Assembly (NCBI RefSeq): GCF_964355755.1 | Contig: NC_092672.1 | Coordinates: 10,044,001 to 10,108,000, forward strand | Reading direction: 5' to 3' | Origin: Antedon mediterranea | Taxonomy: Eukaryota; Animalia; Echinodermata | DNA length: 64,000 nt | In this document: positions 1-13,707 of the stretch, piece after piece | Layout: every line of letters begins with the position of its first letter | How positions within the stretch are numbered: the first letter of the stretch is position 1 | Notes under the pieces: generated by a model | Databases searched by the model: none | Seen by the model: the letters and a program-made list of their open reading frames with translations, nothing else | What the model was told of the DNA's origin: nothing | Translations under genes and position numbers: made by a program

Positions 1-2139
1 TTTTAGTTATTACTGTATTTAAAATATGTGTAACATCATCAACTAATTTGGTACGGTGTGGTTTTAGAGTCCTATATCTGGGGCGGTAAACACAAAAACA
101 TGACGCAATATTAGAACGGTGGTAAGAATAATTTTACATTATAAGGTGGGTGGAATATGCATTTGAACTTTTTAATCGCAAACTTTGCCCTGTTTATACC
201 GATCCCAAAGACAGGCATGGCTGTATCTATTATTTTTAGTTAAATTATTAGGGTCTAAATTTATTTTTAATATTACTATTTAGGAAGACAATACGCAAAA
301 CGGTGCTCAATCCTGATTGATGTTTTTATTCCGTATCAATGTTTATAATAACAATCATACAATTAAATGTAAATTTTGTTTAATTGTTTGATTTTAATAA
401 ATTATTGTAAACATAGTATATACCTCGAATTTTAAGCTAAGATAAATTTGATTTTAAAAAAACACTTTAAGATATTTTTTTTTAATGTACATAATGTTAC
501 TTGTATTTTAAATTTAAAATACCTTCAAGGTCGGCAGACTTTTTTTGATGAGTTTTTCCCAACAAATATGTTTGACAGATTTGACAACATATTATGGGTT
601 ATCTTTGAACCTAACCAAAAATAACAAATTGAAAACATTATATTATATAAATTTATTTAAATGAGTGGAATAATGTATGGACATAAACTTGATATACTGT
701 AGCTCAAATTTTTAATAATGTAGCCTACAGTTTTGTAGGTGGTCAATGTAAAAGGAAGGGGAAAGGGTGGGCTGGCCAGGAGAGCATTAATATGTCAAAA
801 ATTAATATTCATAAGTCATTTATTTAATTTTAGTTGTCAAAGGGAGGAGTGCATGACACTAGCTTGAGTCGAACCAAGCTGTTAAAAATACGTACACAAT
901 ATATTTCCTCACTACCATTGGTCCATTATAAAACTATTTATGAATAGATAAAAGTACAAAAACATACACTGTACTTACCAGATGGAGGACTGGTGTTTCT
1001 CTTTAAAATACCAAAATAAACTATATTATTCTCTTCTTTGGAAAAATTTGCTAAGCACTTGTTTAAAAAGCTTTCTTTTGTATTTCATTCCTCTTTGCCT
1101 AGTAATAATTAGTATCCTTCGAACTTCTTCAATTACCTAACAAATAATTTAAGATATTGTAAATAACACAGTTTTTTAAAAAGAAATTTAATATAACAAT
1201 TTTAGTTATGCAGTACGTATGTTTTTTGTTTGTTTTTTTAGTATGTTTTTTTTTAATTTAGAGTTAAAAACGTTAAGTTTCAATATCGATGTGATCACTT
1301 CGGGGATTACTTAGTGTGTACAATTAATTAAATATAAAGAAGTGTTTTTAAATGTCATTACATTTCTCATTGGAATATGTGTATATAATATAATCCTTCG
1401 TAGATATTTCATGGCTACATTACAAAATAACTGTTACATTATAATTGTATTATCTATTATTAGGCCTTCCTTATACCTAGCTGAAATAGGTCCGACAATA
1501 TTTGTCCCCTCTGTCAATGTCTGAACTAAAATGCTAAGCTAAACCTATACACCTGGTCCGTCAGTACAGGCATAGTAGGCTAGCCTAGACCTACTAGTTC
1601 CAGGCCTACAGTATTACTTACTAGGAAGGAGCCTAGGCTAGGCCTAGACTGCTGGCAGATTAAAATATAATTATTAGGCCTACGAACCTGTTAAAATGTT
1701 GGCCACTTCTTCATCTATTTCTTCAACAAAGCGTCTTCCTTCGACATTATATTAGACTAATCTTACTAGGCCTATTGAAGCATTTAATATATAAATTGCG
1801 ATGAAAGGTGTCTTTTACTTACAAACTCTAGATTTTGAATGATTACTTTAAAAAACCGTTGGCCATGATCCCGCCGGGAGCTAGGTCATCGACCACACAC
1901 AGTGTTGTTTTTCAACTATAACCAACAATTTATCGCTGGCCTTTTACCCAGAATGTATAAGGTCATTATACTGCTCAACGTTAAAGCATGGAGGTATAAA
2001 CCTCCATGGTGGTTAAAGCAAATCTATAAAACGTCTGGACCAACAGTAATACGACAGACAATAATAATGACACATGTTTGTTGCAGTCCGAAAAAAAGCG
2101 ATAAGTTGGTGCCAGTAAACTGAAGTAGGTACAGTATTT

Positions 2140-3090
2140 GCTACCCTATTTGCTAAGGCATTATAATTCAATTCATGGAAATACTCCGAATTTTCGAGTA
2201 ACATGTGGAATTGGTGGTTCGCTGCCCGGCAAGCTTTGGAATTTACAATTCGTTTTACAAGCATGTCATAAGACGCCATTTTAAGGACGAGTATAACAAT
2301 CGGCAACCTCCTGCAGTTGACGATGGAAACATCATCAGTATAAGTATGCCTGGAGAAAACGAGGATGCCAATTGAGGATGAAGTAGAACTAGGCCTAGAC
2401 TAGGAGACTGACGAAGTTAATGAAGAAAAAAACTATTATAATGGGGATGATTTATCAACTGACGATAGTAGTAGTGATAATTCTAGTATTGTTATACTGT
2501 TAATGATTGTTTAATATTAATGATCTTGTTGATGCTCAGCTAGCAAGAAGGCCTACTAATTAGAGGATGAACAAGCAGATAATAGTATAAAAAATGCTGA
2601 TGTCTTTCTACTAAAATTAAAGGAGAGAAACAAGATTCCGCAGGTAAGCCATTTTGCTTTAAAATTACAACAATTATGCATTTTAAACTATTTTTTATTA
2701 GAGAAATACGTCGATTTCCTAGGCCTTGCTGGTACTGTTATTATACAGGACTATTAGCTATAGTAACTATAGGACTTGGGTACTAGGCCTAGGCCTAGGC
2801 ATTATACACGCTAAGTTTATGTTGCATTTTTTTGTGACCAATTTCATTGTTACAAATAACATTTTTTTTGTTAGGCTGCATAGCTCCCCAACTAAAGCAC
2901 AACTTAGTTTTTAAACATATTAAAACTTGAATATAAAAAATATTAAATCAATATTATTTTCTTTAGGTTGCAGTGCAATCGATTATTCAAAGCACAAACA
3001 GTTTGATTACCCAGATTCTTTCATCACTTGAAACTGAAGTGCTAACTGCTCTACCGTTGTGTGAATATAAGGATATTGACAATCTATTTT
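2140..3090 (+). pseudogene. Degenerate N-terminal part of a CACTA/EnSpm-type transposase (C2H2-like zinc finger plus downstream helical motif)
   Basis: Frameshifted reading YLLRHYNSIHGNTPNFRVTCGIGG..ASFGIYNSFYKHVIRRH, an acidic tract, then KNADVFLLKLKERNKIPQ|GTAAGC (donor 2644) and TTTAG|VAVQSIIQSTNSLITQIL (from 2967). Resembles animal EnSpm transposases as I recall them; breaks off into the repeat array. Confidence 0.6.
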
Positions 3091-4635
3091 AAGTAAAACA
3101 TTTCTCAAAATAAGTATTTTTAAGAATATTAAAATAGAATTGACTTCAATTCAAGCAATAATAGTCTTGATAGGATATAGTATGATATTGACTTCTTATC
3201 TTAAGTAAAACATTTCTCAAAATAAGTATTTTTAAAAATATTGCGAATCTCAATTTAAGCAAAAATAGTCTTGATAAGATAGTATGATATTGACTTCTTA
3301 TTTTAAGTAAAACATTTCTCAAAATAAGTATTTTAAAGAATATTGCGAATCTTGATTCAAGTAAAAATAGTCTTGATAAGATAGTATGATATTGACTTCT
3401 TATTTTAAGTAAAACATTTCTCAAAATCAGAAAATTGCGAATCTGAATTCAAGCAAAAATAGTCTTGATAGGATAGTATGATATTGACTTCTTATTTTAA
3501 GTAAAACATTTTTCAAAATAAGTATTTTTTTAAATATTGCGAATCTCAATTTAAGCAAAAATAGTCTTGATAAGATAGTATGATATTGACTTCTTATTTT
3601 AAGTAAAACATTTCTCGAAATAAGTATTTCTAAGAATATTGCGAATCTTGATTCAAGTAAAAATAGTCTTGATAAGATAGTATGATATTGACTTCTTATT
3701 TTAAGTAAAACATTTCTCAAAATAAGTATTTTTTAAAATATTGCGAATCTCAATTTAAGCAAAAATAGTCTTGATAAGATAATATGATATTGACTTCTTA
3801 TTTTAAGTAAAACATTTCTCAAAACAAGTATTTTTAAGAATATTGCGAAACCTAATTTAAGAAACTTTGTCTTACCTAGAAAAATATTTATTGTTTTAAG
3901 TAATTTTTAGAATTCATCAATCTTGATTTAAGAAAAATTATTCTTGATAGGGATAAATATAATATTGATTTCTTATTTTAAGTAAAATACTTTTCAAATT
4001 AAGTATTTTCAAATCTTGTTTTAAGCAAAACTATTCTTAATAAGAAGAGAATGATATTGACTTCTTATTTTAAGTAAAATATTTCTTGTAATAAGCATTT
4101 TCAAGAATATTGCGAATCTTGATTCAAGTAAAAATAATCTTGATAAGGGTAGTGTGAAATTGACTTCTTATTTTAAGTAAAATATTTCTCAAAACAAGTA
4201 TTTTCAAGACTATTGCGAAACCTAATTTAAGAAACTTTGTCTTACCTAGAAAAATATTTATTGTTTTAAGTAATTTTTATAATTCATCAATCTTGATTTA
4301 AGAAAAATTATTCTTGATAGGGATAAATATAATATAGATTTCTTATTTTAAGTAAAATACTTTTCAAATTAAGTATTTTCAAATCTTGTTTTAAGCAAAA
4401 CTATTCTTAATAAGAAGAGAATGATATTGACTTCTTATTTTAAGTAAAATATTTCTTGTAATAAGCATTTTCAAGAAAATTGCAAAACTTAATTTAAGAA
4501 AATGTGTCTTTTCTAGAAAATTATCTCTTGTTTTAAGTAATTTTAAATCTTGACAAGAAAAAAAATACTTATTTTAAGAATTTTTTCTTAAAACAAGATT
4601 TTTTTTTCTTGCTTAGAATTTCAAATTTTGCTGTG
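3086..4635. repeat. About 102-bp tandem repeat array with a ~370-bp higher-order duplication, ending in a CAC-type terminus
   Basis: Unit CTTATTTTAAGTAAAACATTTCTCAAAATAAGTATT...GATATTGACTT repeated about 7 times (34-aa periodicity in the ORF track); blocks starting at 3841 and 4211 are duplicated; ends AAATTTTGCTGTG (reverse complement CACAGCAAAATTT). Confidence 0.9.
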
Positions 4636-6983
4636 TGAGAATTGATTTCCGTTTAAATTTTGATGGTAATTGTAGTAATGATAATTTGAATCGTAAATTT
4701 ATAATTTTAAAGCACTTGATGTCAATAATCTATGTAATACTCTTAACTGTGTTCCATGGAGTGTCTTAATTGATTTTGAAGGTGATTTAAATGAAGCTTT
4801 GGATATGTTTTATAATTTGTTAAATGCTGCCGTCAATGACACAGTGCCTAAAATTAGAAAGCGCAGAAAGCTTCCTCCGTGGTTTGACAATGAGTTGAGA
4901 AGTGCGCTTCAACTCAAAGAAAAGTATTATAGATATCTGAAAAAACATAATAATCGGTTAGCCCAAAGTAATTTCAAATTTGCTCGCGCGTCCTTTAAAA
5001 AAATGCGCAATAAAAAGTATAAAGATTACTTGGACTCTTTGGCTAAGCAAATTGTCACTAACAATAAAAGATTTTGGAGCTGGATGAAAACTAAATACAA
5101 GTCAAATAATCTTCCTTCTATCATGAGTCACGATAACATTTCATTCCAGTCTAATTATGATAAAGCTACCACATTAAATTTTAATTCTTATTTTCATTCT
5201 TTTTTCAGTGAGCCTTCTCCGGACGTTCCCCGGGACTATCCAGGTCTTCCTGACTATGCGGTGGATAACTTGAGTTCTCTGTCTGTGAATCAGCATTCTG
5301 TGGAAAAGGCACTTGGTAACATTGATAAATAAAGCTACTGGCATTGATCAGATTAGTAACGTTGTCTTAAAGGGTGCCTCCTCCTCACTCTCTTATCCGC
5401 TTTGCAAATTGTTTCAGCTATCTATTAATTCTGGGGTTTTCCCGTCATCTTTGAAACACGCTAATATTGTCCCAATTCACAAGAGTGGTCCCAAAAAACT
5501 AATTTGTAACTATCGTCCTATTTCGTTATTGCCTACTATGAGCGCATTGTGCATGATGGTTTGTCATCACATGTTTCTAATGCTTTAAGTCCTAGGCAGC
5601 ATGGAATTGTCTCTTGGAGATCATGTCAAACCAACATCGCACTGCTTCTTGCTACATCATACGATGCAATTAACAGCAAGAAGCAGTGCGATGTGATTTC
5701 TCTAAGGCTTTTGATTCCGTTTCCCACGATTTGCTTATTTTTAAACTTTCAAAATTTGGTTTATCCGGTTCACTTTCAAGTTGGTTTAAAAGCTATTTAA
5801 CTAATAGACAACAGCTTGTTGTCATTGGGGGAGAGACATCTGATTGGCTCCCTGTGTTATCGGGCGTTCCGCAGGGCTCAATCCTTGGCCCGATTTTATT
5901 TATTTATCAACGATCTTTCTTTAAAATTTAATCATTCCGAGTCTCTTTTATTTGCTGACGATCTGAAATTGTTTAAAGTGATTACCACTCCACAGGATGC
6001 TTTTTTACTTCAGGAGGATCGGGATGGTCTCGTGGAATGGACGGAGAAGTGGGGGCTAAAACTTAATGCTAATAGGCCTAAATGCAAATATTTATCTATA
6101 ACACTTAAAAAAAGGCCTGTGCTCTTCAATTATAATTTGAATGGACATGATCTTGAGATGGTTTATGTACAGAAAGATTTAGGTATTTGTATTGATAGTA
6201 AATTAAATTTGTGTTCACATATTAATCATGTGTTGTCAAAAGCTAATAGAATGATGGGCTTGATATGGAGAAATTGTAGGTTTATGAACGACGGCAGGGC
6301 ACTTTTATCTTTATACAAATCTATTATCTTGAATATTGTTCCGTCAGGCCCGTCGAATCGACACTGTTCAACGGAAGTTTGTACGATTCCTGTCTTATAA
6401 CTGTGTTAATTTTGCCTTTTCCATTGATTCTGTCAGCAATCGTCGAACGATATCTAATATGGTTTTTTTATATAATATTTTAAATTCTAAATATGACTGT
6501 TCATTAATTTCACTATTTAGTTTAAATGTCCCTGGTCGTACACGAAATAGACATTTATTGCATATTCCTTTTAGCCGTGTCGACTGTATTAAGAGGCGAA
6601 TTTTTCATAGACTACCATATACATTTAATAATCTAAATAGCAATCATATTGATATTTTTAATGATAGACTTGGTTATTTTAAGAGGACGATTATGTGTTC
6701 ACTTCTTGAACAGCCTGCATAGTCTGTTTGATTAATATAAATTTTAAATTGAAATTGTTTATGGCATGCCGATCTATGTTATATATAGTTCATAATCGGT
6801 GTACCATGTCCCGCATACCTGGCTCAGCCTATATATTGTGCCAGTTCTGCGGTACATTTCATTTCGAAACCTGAGCTGCACTGACGAGATCTAATAAGAT
6901 CGAAACAGTACTGTCTGCAGATTGGATATATATTGGATATATTGGATATATATATATATATATGATATATATATATATATATA

Positions 6984-7052
<69 letters not shown>

Positions 7053-7281
7053 AGACTATAATGACAACAATCAATTACAACGTTGCTTATAAGCACATTT
7101 ACTTGTAGAATTAGCATTTACAGGTGATATGTTTTGGATTTATATATATATATATATATATATTATCTGTATTTTATTGTTAACCGTTTTTTATGTTGTA
7201 TTGTTTTATGTTTCAAACCTGTTAGTGGCAGTATTTATCGCTGTTGGTTTTGACTGAATAAAATAAAAATAAAAAATAAAA
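4636..7281 (+). mobile_element. Non-LTR retrotransposon (CR1/L2-type LINE), 5'-incomplete, frameshifted ORF2 with RT domain, 3' UTR and A-rich tail
   Basis: PPWF, KRFWSW, KATGIDQI, NYRPISLL, DFSKAFDSVSH, GVPQGSILGP, LFADDLK, KDLG, KANRMMGLI spread over five ORFs (4799-6722); tail GAATAAAATAAAAATAAAAAATAAAA at ~7256-7281. Confidence 0.92.
6925..7163. repeat. (TA)n microsatellites within the LINE 3' region
   Basis: Long TA run ~6946-7050 and short run 7141-7163. Confidence 0.97.
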
Positions 7282-7629
7282 TGATTGAATGTAGCTTTAT
7301 ATTTAAGCTTCAGAGTCTGTCAAGAAATCGTAAAGTTTGATTTCTTTTTTCTTAGAACGGTAGTCTAGGTACGTGATTAAAATTGGAAAAGATTCAAACA
7401 TGTAAGTTATAAAACGAACACACACAAATTCAAAGCAACACAATGTAATTGTCATTGTCACAATACAACAGACGTTGGATAAAACAATGGACGACGATTA
7501 TCTGTCCCGTGTATTGCTTGTCTGACTTAGGGTGGCTTTTCAAGTTTGTGCGGCTTCGAAAAAAGTGAATATTTTTTTATTTATTTCTTATTTATTCAAG
7601 ATCCAACAGTGTAAAGAGAAAAATATCAA

Positions 7630-7757
7630 AACAGGATCACCATTAGACAGGATCGCCATAAAACAACAGGATCGCCATAAAACAACAGGATCGCCATAAA
7701 ATAACAGGATCGCCATAAAATAACAGGATCGCCATAAATAGCAGGATCGCCATAAAA
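7630..7757. repeat. 19-bp minisatellite
   Basis: ACAGGATCGCCATAAAA(C/T)A repeated about 7 times. Confidence 0.92.
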
Positions 7758-8160
7758 TATTTCTCTTGCATGCGTTACGTAGAGACATACGTAAAACTGA
7801 GACTCATTTACTTTACTTCTGTAGAATGGTGTACAAAAACTGTTTAAAACGGTAGATTCAACTGAGGATAATGCTAGTAAATTGCTTTAATGTAAGCCGA
7901 GACGACAGTACGTGTTGTCGATTGTTCTGTGCGTTCTGAATGAATCGTTCTTTACAACAGATCTGAATGTAACAAACGTAACGTTTCAGACATAACGTTT
8001 TACGTAGCTATTTACATAATACTGTATCATGCAGGTAAACGAACGCAACCGCCGCTAATTCTTCGTTTGGTGATTGTAACATAGTTACCGTTCATAGTCT
8101 ATCATTGAAATTACAGCAGTGTCATTTTTTTCCTTGGTGCTATATTTAACCCGTTCTCTA

Positions 8161-8505
8161 AGCCTGTTTTCCACTAAAGCGAATTTTCAGCCATATGGAT
8201 GGCTGCAGTCGCGTGCTCAAGTTAGTGTTTACCGACCGACCAACCGACATGGAGTGTAACGTTGCACGCGATTATCGCGACTAAAAACCTACACTTTTCA
8301 TTACAAGAGTGAATAGCGTGACAACTCTAATTGCTTGTCATTTTTTCGCTTCGCACAAAGTAGAAAAGTATTTGACCTACCAATTTTACTGAAGAGAAAC
8401 TCAAAGAAATAGAATTTGCAACAGAAAGGGATTTTTGGAATATGGAAACTATAATAAATATGCGTGCGTATAAGCTGACGTTCAAATTCGCCTAGTAGAA
8501 ACTAA
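8161..8505. mobile_element. Degraded MITE with a nested HINE fragment (~8190-8282)
   Basis: Imperfect inverted ends GTTTTCCACTAAAGCGAATTT / AAATTCGCCTAGTAGAAAC; inner part matches the 16254-16366 family ((GACC)n, CGACTAAAA). Confidence 0.5.
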
Positions 8506-9272
8506 GTTTCCCCCTTACAGCACACAGATCTGAAAGCGTCGATAATAGCAAATGACAGGTTTGTTTCATTAAAGATCGATTTGTTTTATGATTTATTGAA
8601 ATAGATTAAATAGGGCTTCAACAGGAAATTAAAATTTACTATCTCTCAGTGAACATGGCGGGATATTAACGAAGACGAAAATGCATTTTTATTTTGTATC
8701 GTAGTCTTAACACGATCGGTCAAAGTTTATTGAGCAATTCTCTGCACCTCTGTATTATAACGTTTTAGGCCAATTATTTCTTTGACACAGCACGATAACC
8801 TAGTATGTACTACAAGTTATTTCATACGGTTTGATTGACGTATTACTGTAGCATTGTATTGACTATTCAAAACAATTTACGTTGCTTGAGATTGTAGTAA
8901 TTATTTTACACAGACTAATACCCATAGTAATAACACTACTTAAAGCGATTGCGAGTATTGGTGACTGTTATAGAATAATTGCACTTGAAAACAAAACAAG
9001 GAGCATATCTTTTTACAGTTAAACCTAATTGTAATCATTCCTTCAGTTTAGTAATGTTTTACTAAAGTCAAATTCCTAAGCTTTTGGTTGAATATTTGCA
9101 TGATTGACGGTAGAGAGCGTCCTCTATCAAACCATTTAAAGTAGTACTAAGTAGTACGGTATAGTAGTAGTACTATTAAAGAAGCATGCATAACTATATT
9201 TGACATCAATCGCAACACGATTTCTTGTTTTTAAAAGACAACCGTCTTTGTAATCATTTAAATTATTGCAAA

Positions 9273-12200
9273 ATGTCTATTTTTTGTACGGACAGGTACG
9301 CATCGTCGTTTCTAGAGTTTCGACGAATGTCAGATCAAAATGACAAAATGAAAAGTTGGTTAAAAGAAAAATTGGATGAATTTGTGGAAAACGACAGCTT
9401 ACAAAGCGAAGATGAGTGTAGGATTCTTGGAGTTGGCAGTGGCGTTGGTAAGTCAACTTCACTTTGTTCAGATGTGTTAATCAGGTTATGTTACTTCACA
9501 TTTCTTCGTTTTTAGTGTAACTGACATACATCTCGGAAACATTTAGATAAAAAGAAAACTAGGGCTACAATAAATTAAAAAATTTAAATTTATTTATTCA
9601 CAGAGGTCCAGATCAACACAACTTTATAAAATACTATGCAAAAGATGTTTTAACATAGACCTTTTCCTACTACTCTTAAAAGAGTAGTAGGAAGTTGCCT
9701 TGATATCAAAATGTGTTTCCATTCTAGAGCTACGTATTGTTGTTCTGATTTTGGCAACATTTTGCTATATTGAAAGTTATAGTACCAGTATTTTGAATAG
9801 GAATGTCTACATTATAATCCAATTCAATATTTATGAAAAACTGAACAAAAAACAGAAATGTAAACTGTTTTGTTATTTATTACATATTTAACTTAAACAT
9901 TGATTAACTTATACAAATGGCATAAACAAAGTACGGTATATTTAATTTGAATTTAAAACTTTGTTAAAGGTAATTTTTAATGTTTAGGCCTATACTTTTT
10001 CAATTAATTTAGGTTCAGTTTTTTTCTTGCTATCAGGTGAGATGGACTATTTTATGCTTGAAAATCTCCAGAAAAAACAGAAGAATATTTTTGTTCGTGT
10101 ATTGGAACCAAATGCCATTGAAATGGATCGTTTCAAAGCAAAGGTGTGCTCTAACACAAATTTTGATGTGGTTAGATTTGACTGGCGTCAAGAAGATGCT
10201 ATCGATTACTTTGTATGTATAAAGTAGTTTTTATTGTTTTAAGATCGTTTATGACATTTAACAACATATTGATACTAATATTGAAAAATAAACTTTTCAG
10301 CAACCAACTTATGTTCGATAATCCTAAAAATGATTGTTATCACTGAAAATAATAATAGTGACTTTTAGATTTTTACGTCCACTATGTCGACTGCTGCCCT
10401 ATGACGTAATTTTAATGATATACCGTAATTTTAATGATATACCGTATACATGCACAAGTCGACTGCCAAATTGCAGGACTTGTTTTTTGGCATTTTGCCG
10501 TTTGCTCTCCGGCATGAGTACCTTTTCTGTGAATGTAGTAAATGTAATATTTCAGTTTATATTTCAAATTATATTCGCAAATTATTGATTTGTATTGATT
10601 GTTTTAAATAAAGAGTGTAATACTACAGGTTATGGCCTGGGTCATATCACTATCAATATCAACCTTTGTTAAAAAAAAATTATTTCTTACAAAAACCGCC
10701 ACTCGACTTTTTTACTCATTGTTCTTTCTTCAGATATAATGATTTATTATTTTTGTTTAACAATCAGTAGTAAACATTTTGTGTAAATATAGCCTGGCTT
10801 ACTGTACAGAACAAAAATATAATCATAAACTAAGCTACAGTATATGTACATATTCCAAAGTAGGAGCATTAACTCCCTATTGACCCGGCTCACACACAAA
10901 CTACTACTAGTATATAGGCCTACTACCTAGGGATAACGATGCAACATTAGAAGTTAATAGCATTCATTGCCTGTAAATATTTTGTATCAATATTAAAATA
11001 AAGAAAGAATTATGACAATTTGACTTGTAGTTTTCGAAATATATAATGTCCAAAACATCGCCGAAAATAATCTTTTTTAGCCACGAACGAAGTAAATAAC
11101 TTGCGCCCTCAGTAGGCAATTGTATGAACTTTAAAATTACGGTTTTTAGTAATATATTTTGTATATCAACATTGTAAAATTCAATCAAATGTAATATTAC
11201 ATGTTTATTAAATAAAAAGAGTGTTTGCAGCAGTCCTTCTTTTTTGGTCCAGCAGCTTGGACCTATGAATTATTCGAGTTTACAAAATTTTAAACTGTCG
11301 GCCTTATTATATATATAGCATCGTGTTAATACAGTTTCTTATTGATTATGTCCTCTGGGGTTTTAGCTGGCTAAAGCCCCGGCCCGAAAACATAAATTTC
11401 CTGTATTATTATTATAAGAACAACCTAGAAACAAGTACTTTATTGTGGACATATAAATAGCGCCCCTAACGATTATATTCAGAAACTTTTCGATTTATTG
11501 ATAAAGCATGATCATTAAATCTGAAAGAGATATGGTCAGATGCCGTTCAAAGTCTAATGCAAGTAATTTACAAAGTTTATATCAATATTTTAATATTGAT
11601 ATAAACTTTGTAAAATCGTCATTATTTGTATTTACTGGCCCATTATAATTGTATCATTTTACTATGAGGTATTTTTTATTTATTATCTATCTACTACTTC
11701 TCAAGCAGTCATAAAAATAAAGGGTCGGTCACTAATCTGAATCAATCTATTAGGTGACATGAACGGAACCGATGGGTCAATATTAATATTCACGCTATCA
11801 TATGTTTACTGGTACTGAAAATAAACTAAAACTAAAGTGTATAATAAACTACATGTTGAATCCTAAACAACCGCTATATCTGTGTATTTTTATTGAAGAA
11901 ATAAACAATTAGGGTCGGTAACTAACTCTGAATTGATAGGACAGGGTGATGTGACTTAAACATAACATTAAAAACTAGTTTTTAATAACAATTATCATGG
12001 TTTTTTTTAATTATTAATACCAGGAACTTACAAATAAACATGAACGTACTTATTCACAAATATCTTAAGCTATTCACAAACATAAACTTAGACCCTCATT
12101 TACATCCGTTTTCATTAAAGGAACACTCTGGTAAATTTGATTACAAAACATCTTAAATAAATCGGCCTACATAATGCTTGTAAAATAAATGTCTAAATAT

Positions 12201-13707
12201 AAAATTAAAAATAATTATGGTTGGACACTAATTCTGGTTAACAAACAATTCAGTTTTTTTAAATATACACACGATTGTTCAAAAATGTTTTCTAGAAATA
12301 TTAACTGACCTTTACTTCTACAATAAGTCTTATTATATAGCTAATAACTATTGCTGTTGGAAAATTTGTACTATCAATTATTGCTTTACAGAAAGAAACT
12401 CCAGATAAACGATTTCACATCATACATTTATTACATGTACTCTACTATTTTGAGGAAAATGAAATCGATGACGTCATTCATCAATGTTTCAACCAGTTAG
12501 AAGTGGGTGGACGTCTTCTAATAATCCAAGGATCAGGTATAAGTTTGCTTCCATGTATATAACCGTATCAAAAAGACTCCCACAACTTGAACAATCACAC
12601 CCTTAAAGCTTGGTTCCCACTAGAACGTAACGCAAGGACGTAAACGCAACGACGTAAACGCAACGCAAGCGTTTTAACCAATGACAAGCGAAGTTATAGA
12701 CAGTTAGCAATCACAAGCGAATAAGCCATCGCTTGTGATTGGTCAATTCACTTGCGTTGCGTTACGTCCTTGTGTTGCGTCGCCAGTGGGAACCACGCTT
12801 TAGTAATAAACTCACCCATGCCAACTAGATCTCGATACACCAGTAGTAGTAATAGTAGTATTAGTAGTAGTATAATTATAATTATAATTAATCATTTTTT
12901 TTATGAGTATCCTTATTTCTTACGTGCAGCAGCGTGCTTTGAGTTTAAGGCTAGCGTGGTTCCCACTACAACGTAACGCAGCGACGTATCGACGCAAGGT
13001 GCTGTATTGCGTAATCACAAGTGGGACCGACGATGCAACAGTGCTGGAAACATCGCAGGTTTTCTTACGTTGCGTAAATTGCGTTAAGTTGCGTCGCAAG
13101 TGGGAACCAAGCTTAAGGGAGTGAGTTTGCAGCATTGTTTCGTCGTCGGTTCCCACTTGTCATGATTATGCAATACAGCACTTTGCGTCAATACGTCGTT
13201 GCGTTGCGTCCTAGTGGGAACCACGCTGTACAAAACTTGCAGCAGGTCATGATTGAACCCTGAACTTTGTGTTAATTAGGATTTCATTTGTATCATTATG
13301 CATTATTATAAGACACTAATTATTTCTATTACACCCCACTAGCTTCAAACAGAGTTGTATGTATACGAAACGCATTCGCAAATGAACTGTGTTTACAAGG
13401 AACACTTAACACAATCTCTGGTGAGCATTTACTCTTCAAAATGAACAGACTCGGATACAAGTACCATAGCAATAACATACGGGCGTCATTGGATGTGAGC
13501 CAATGCTTAGACCTTACGTCTGAATCGGGAGGTCTTCTGTGGGACTTTATAACCAGCGTTCAGATGTTTGTTGAGAGGTCGTCTCATAATTTGATTCTTA
13601 AAATACGAAATATGCTGACAACAACCGAACAGCGGGCTGTGTATAAGGATAAAACTTATATTCCTGTAGATTCAATTGGAATTAGTATACGGAACACACA
13701 TCTATAA
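9273..13707 (+). CDS. HNMT-like: Histamine N-methyltransferase-like protein, copy 1 (most divergent; 286 aa)
   Basis: Exons 9273-9447, 10037-10212, 12392-12536, 13343-13707; all introns GT-AG, phases 1/0/1; 861 nt open. Motifs RYASSF, ILGVGSGVGEMD (SAM motif I), VLEPN, FHIIHLLHVLYY, LDVSQC, GLLWDFIT are collinear with vertebrate HNMT (ILSIGGGAGEID, VVEPS, DFIHMIQMLYY, MDISDC, DLLWDFLT). Confidence 0.9.
12604..13230. mobile_element. Cluster of three related PIF/Harbinger-like MITEs in intron 3 of copy 1
   Basis: TIR AAGC(T/G)TGGTTCCCACT...AGTGGGAACCA(A/C)GCTT flanked by TA/TWA: 12604-12802, ~12946-13116, and a partial inverted copy ~13125-13230. Confidence 0.8.

Noticed and set aside
3146-3720. 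Minus-strand ORFs with 34-aa repeats
   Set aside because: Translation of the 102-bp satellite; no protein signal.
6824-7117. YI-repeat ORFs
   Set aside because: Read-through of the (TA)n microsatellite.
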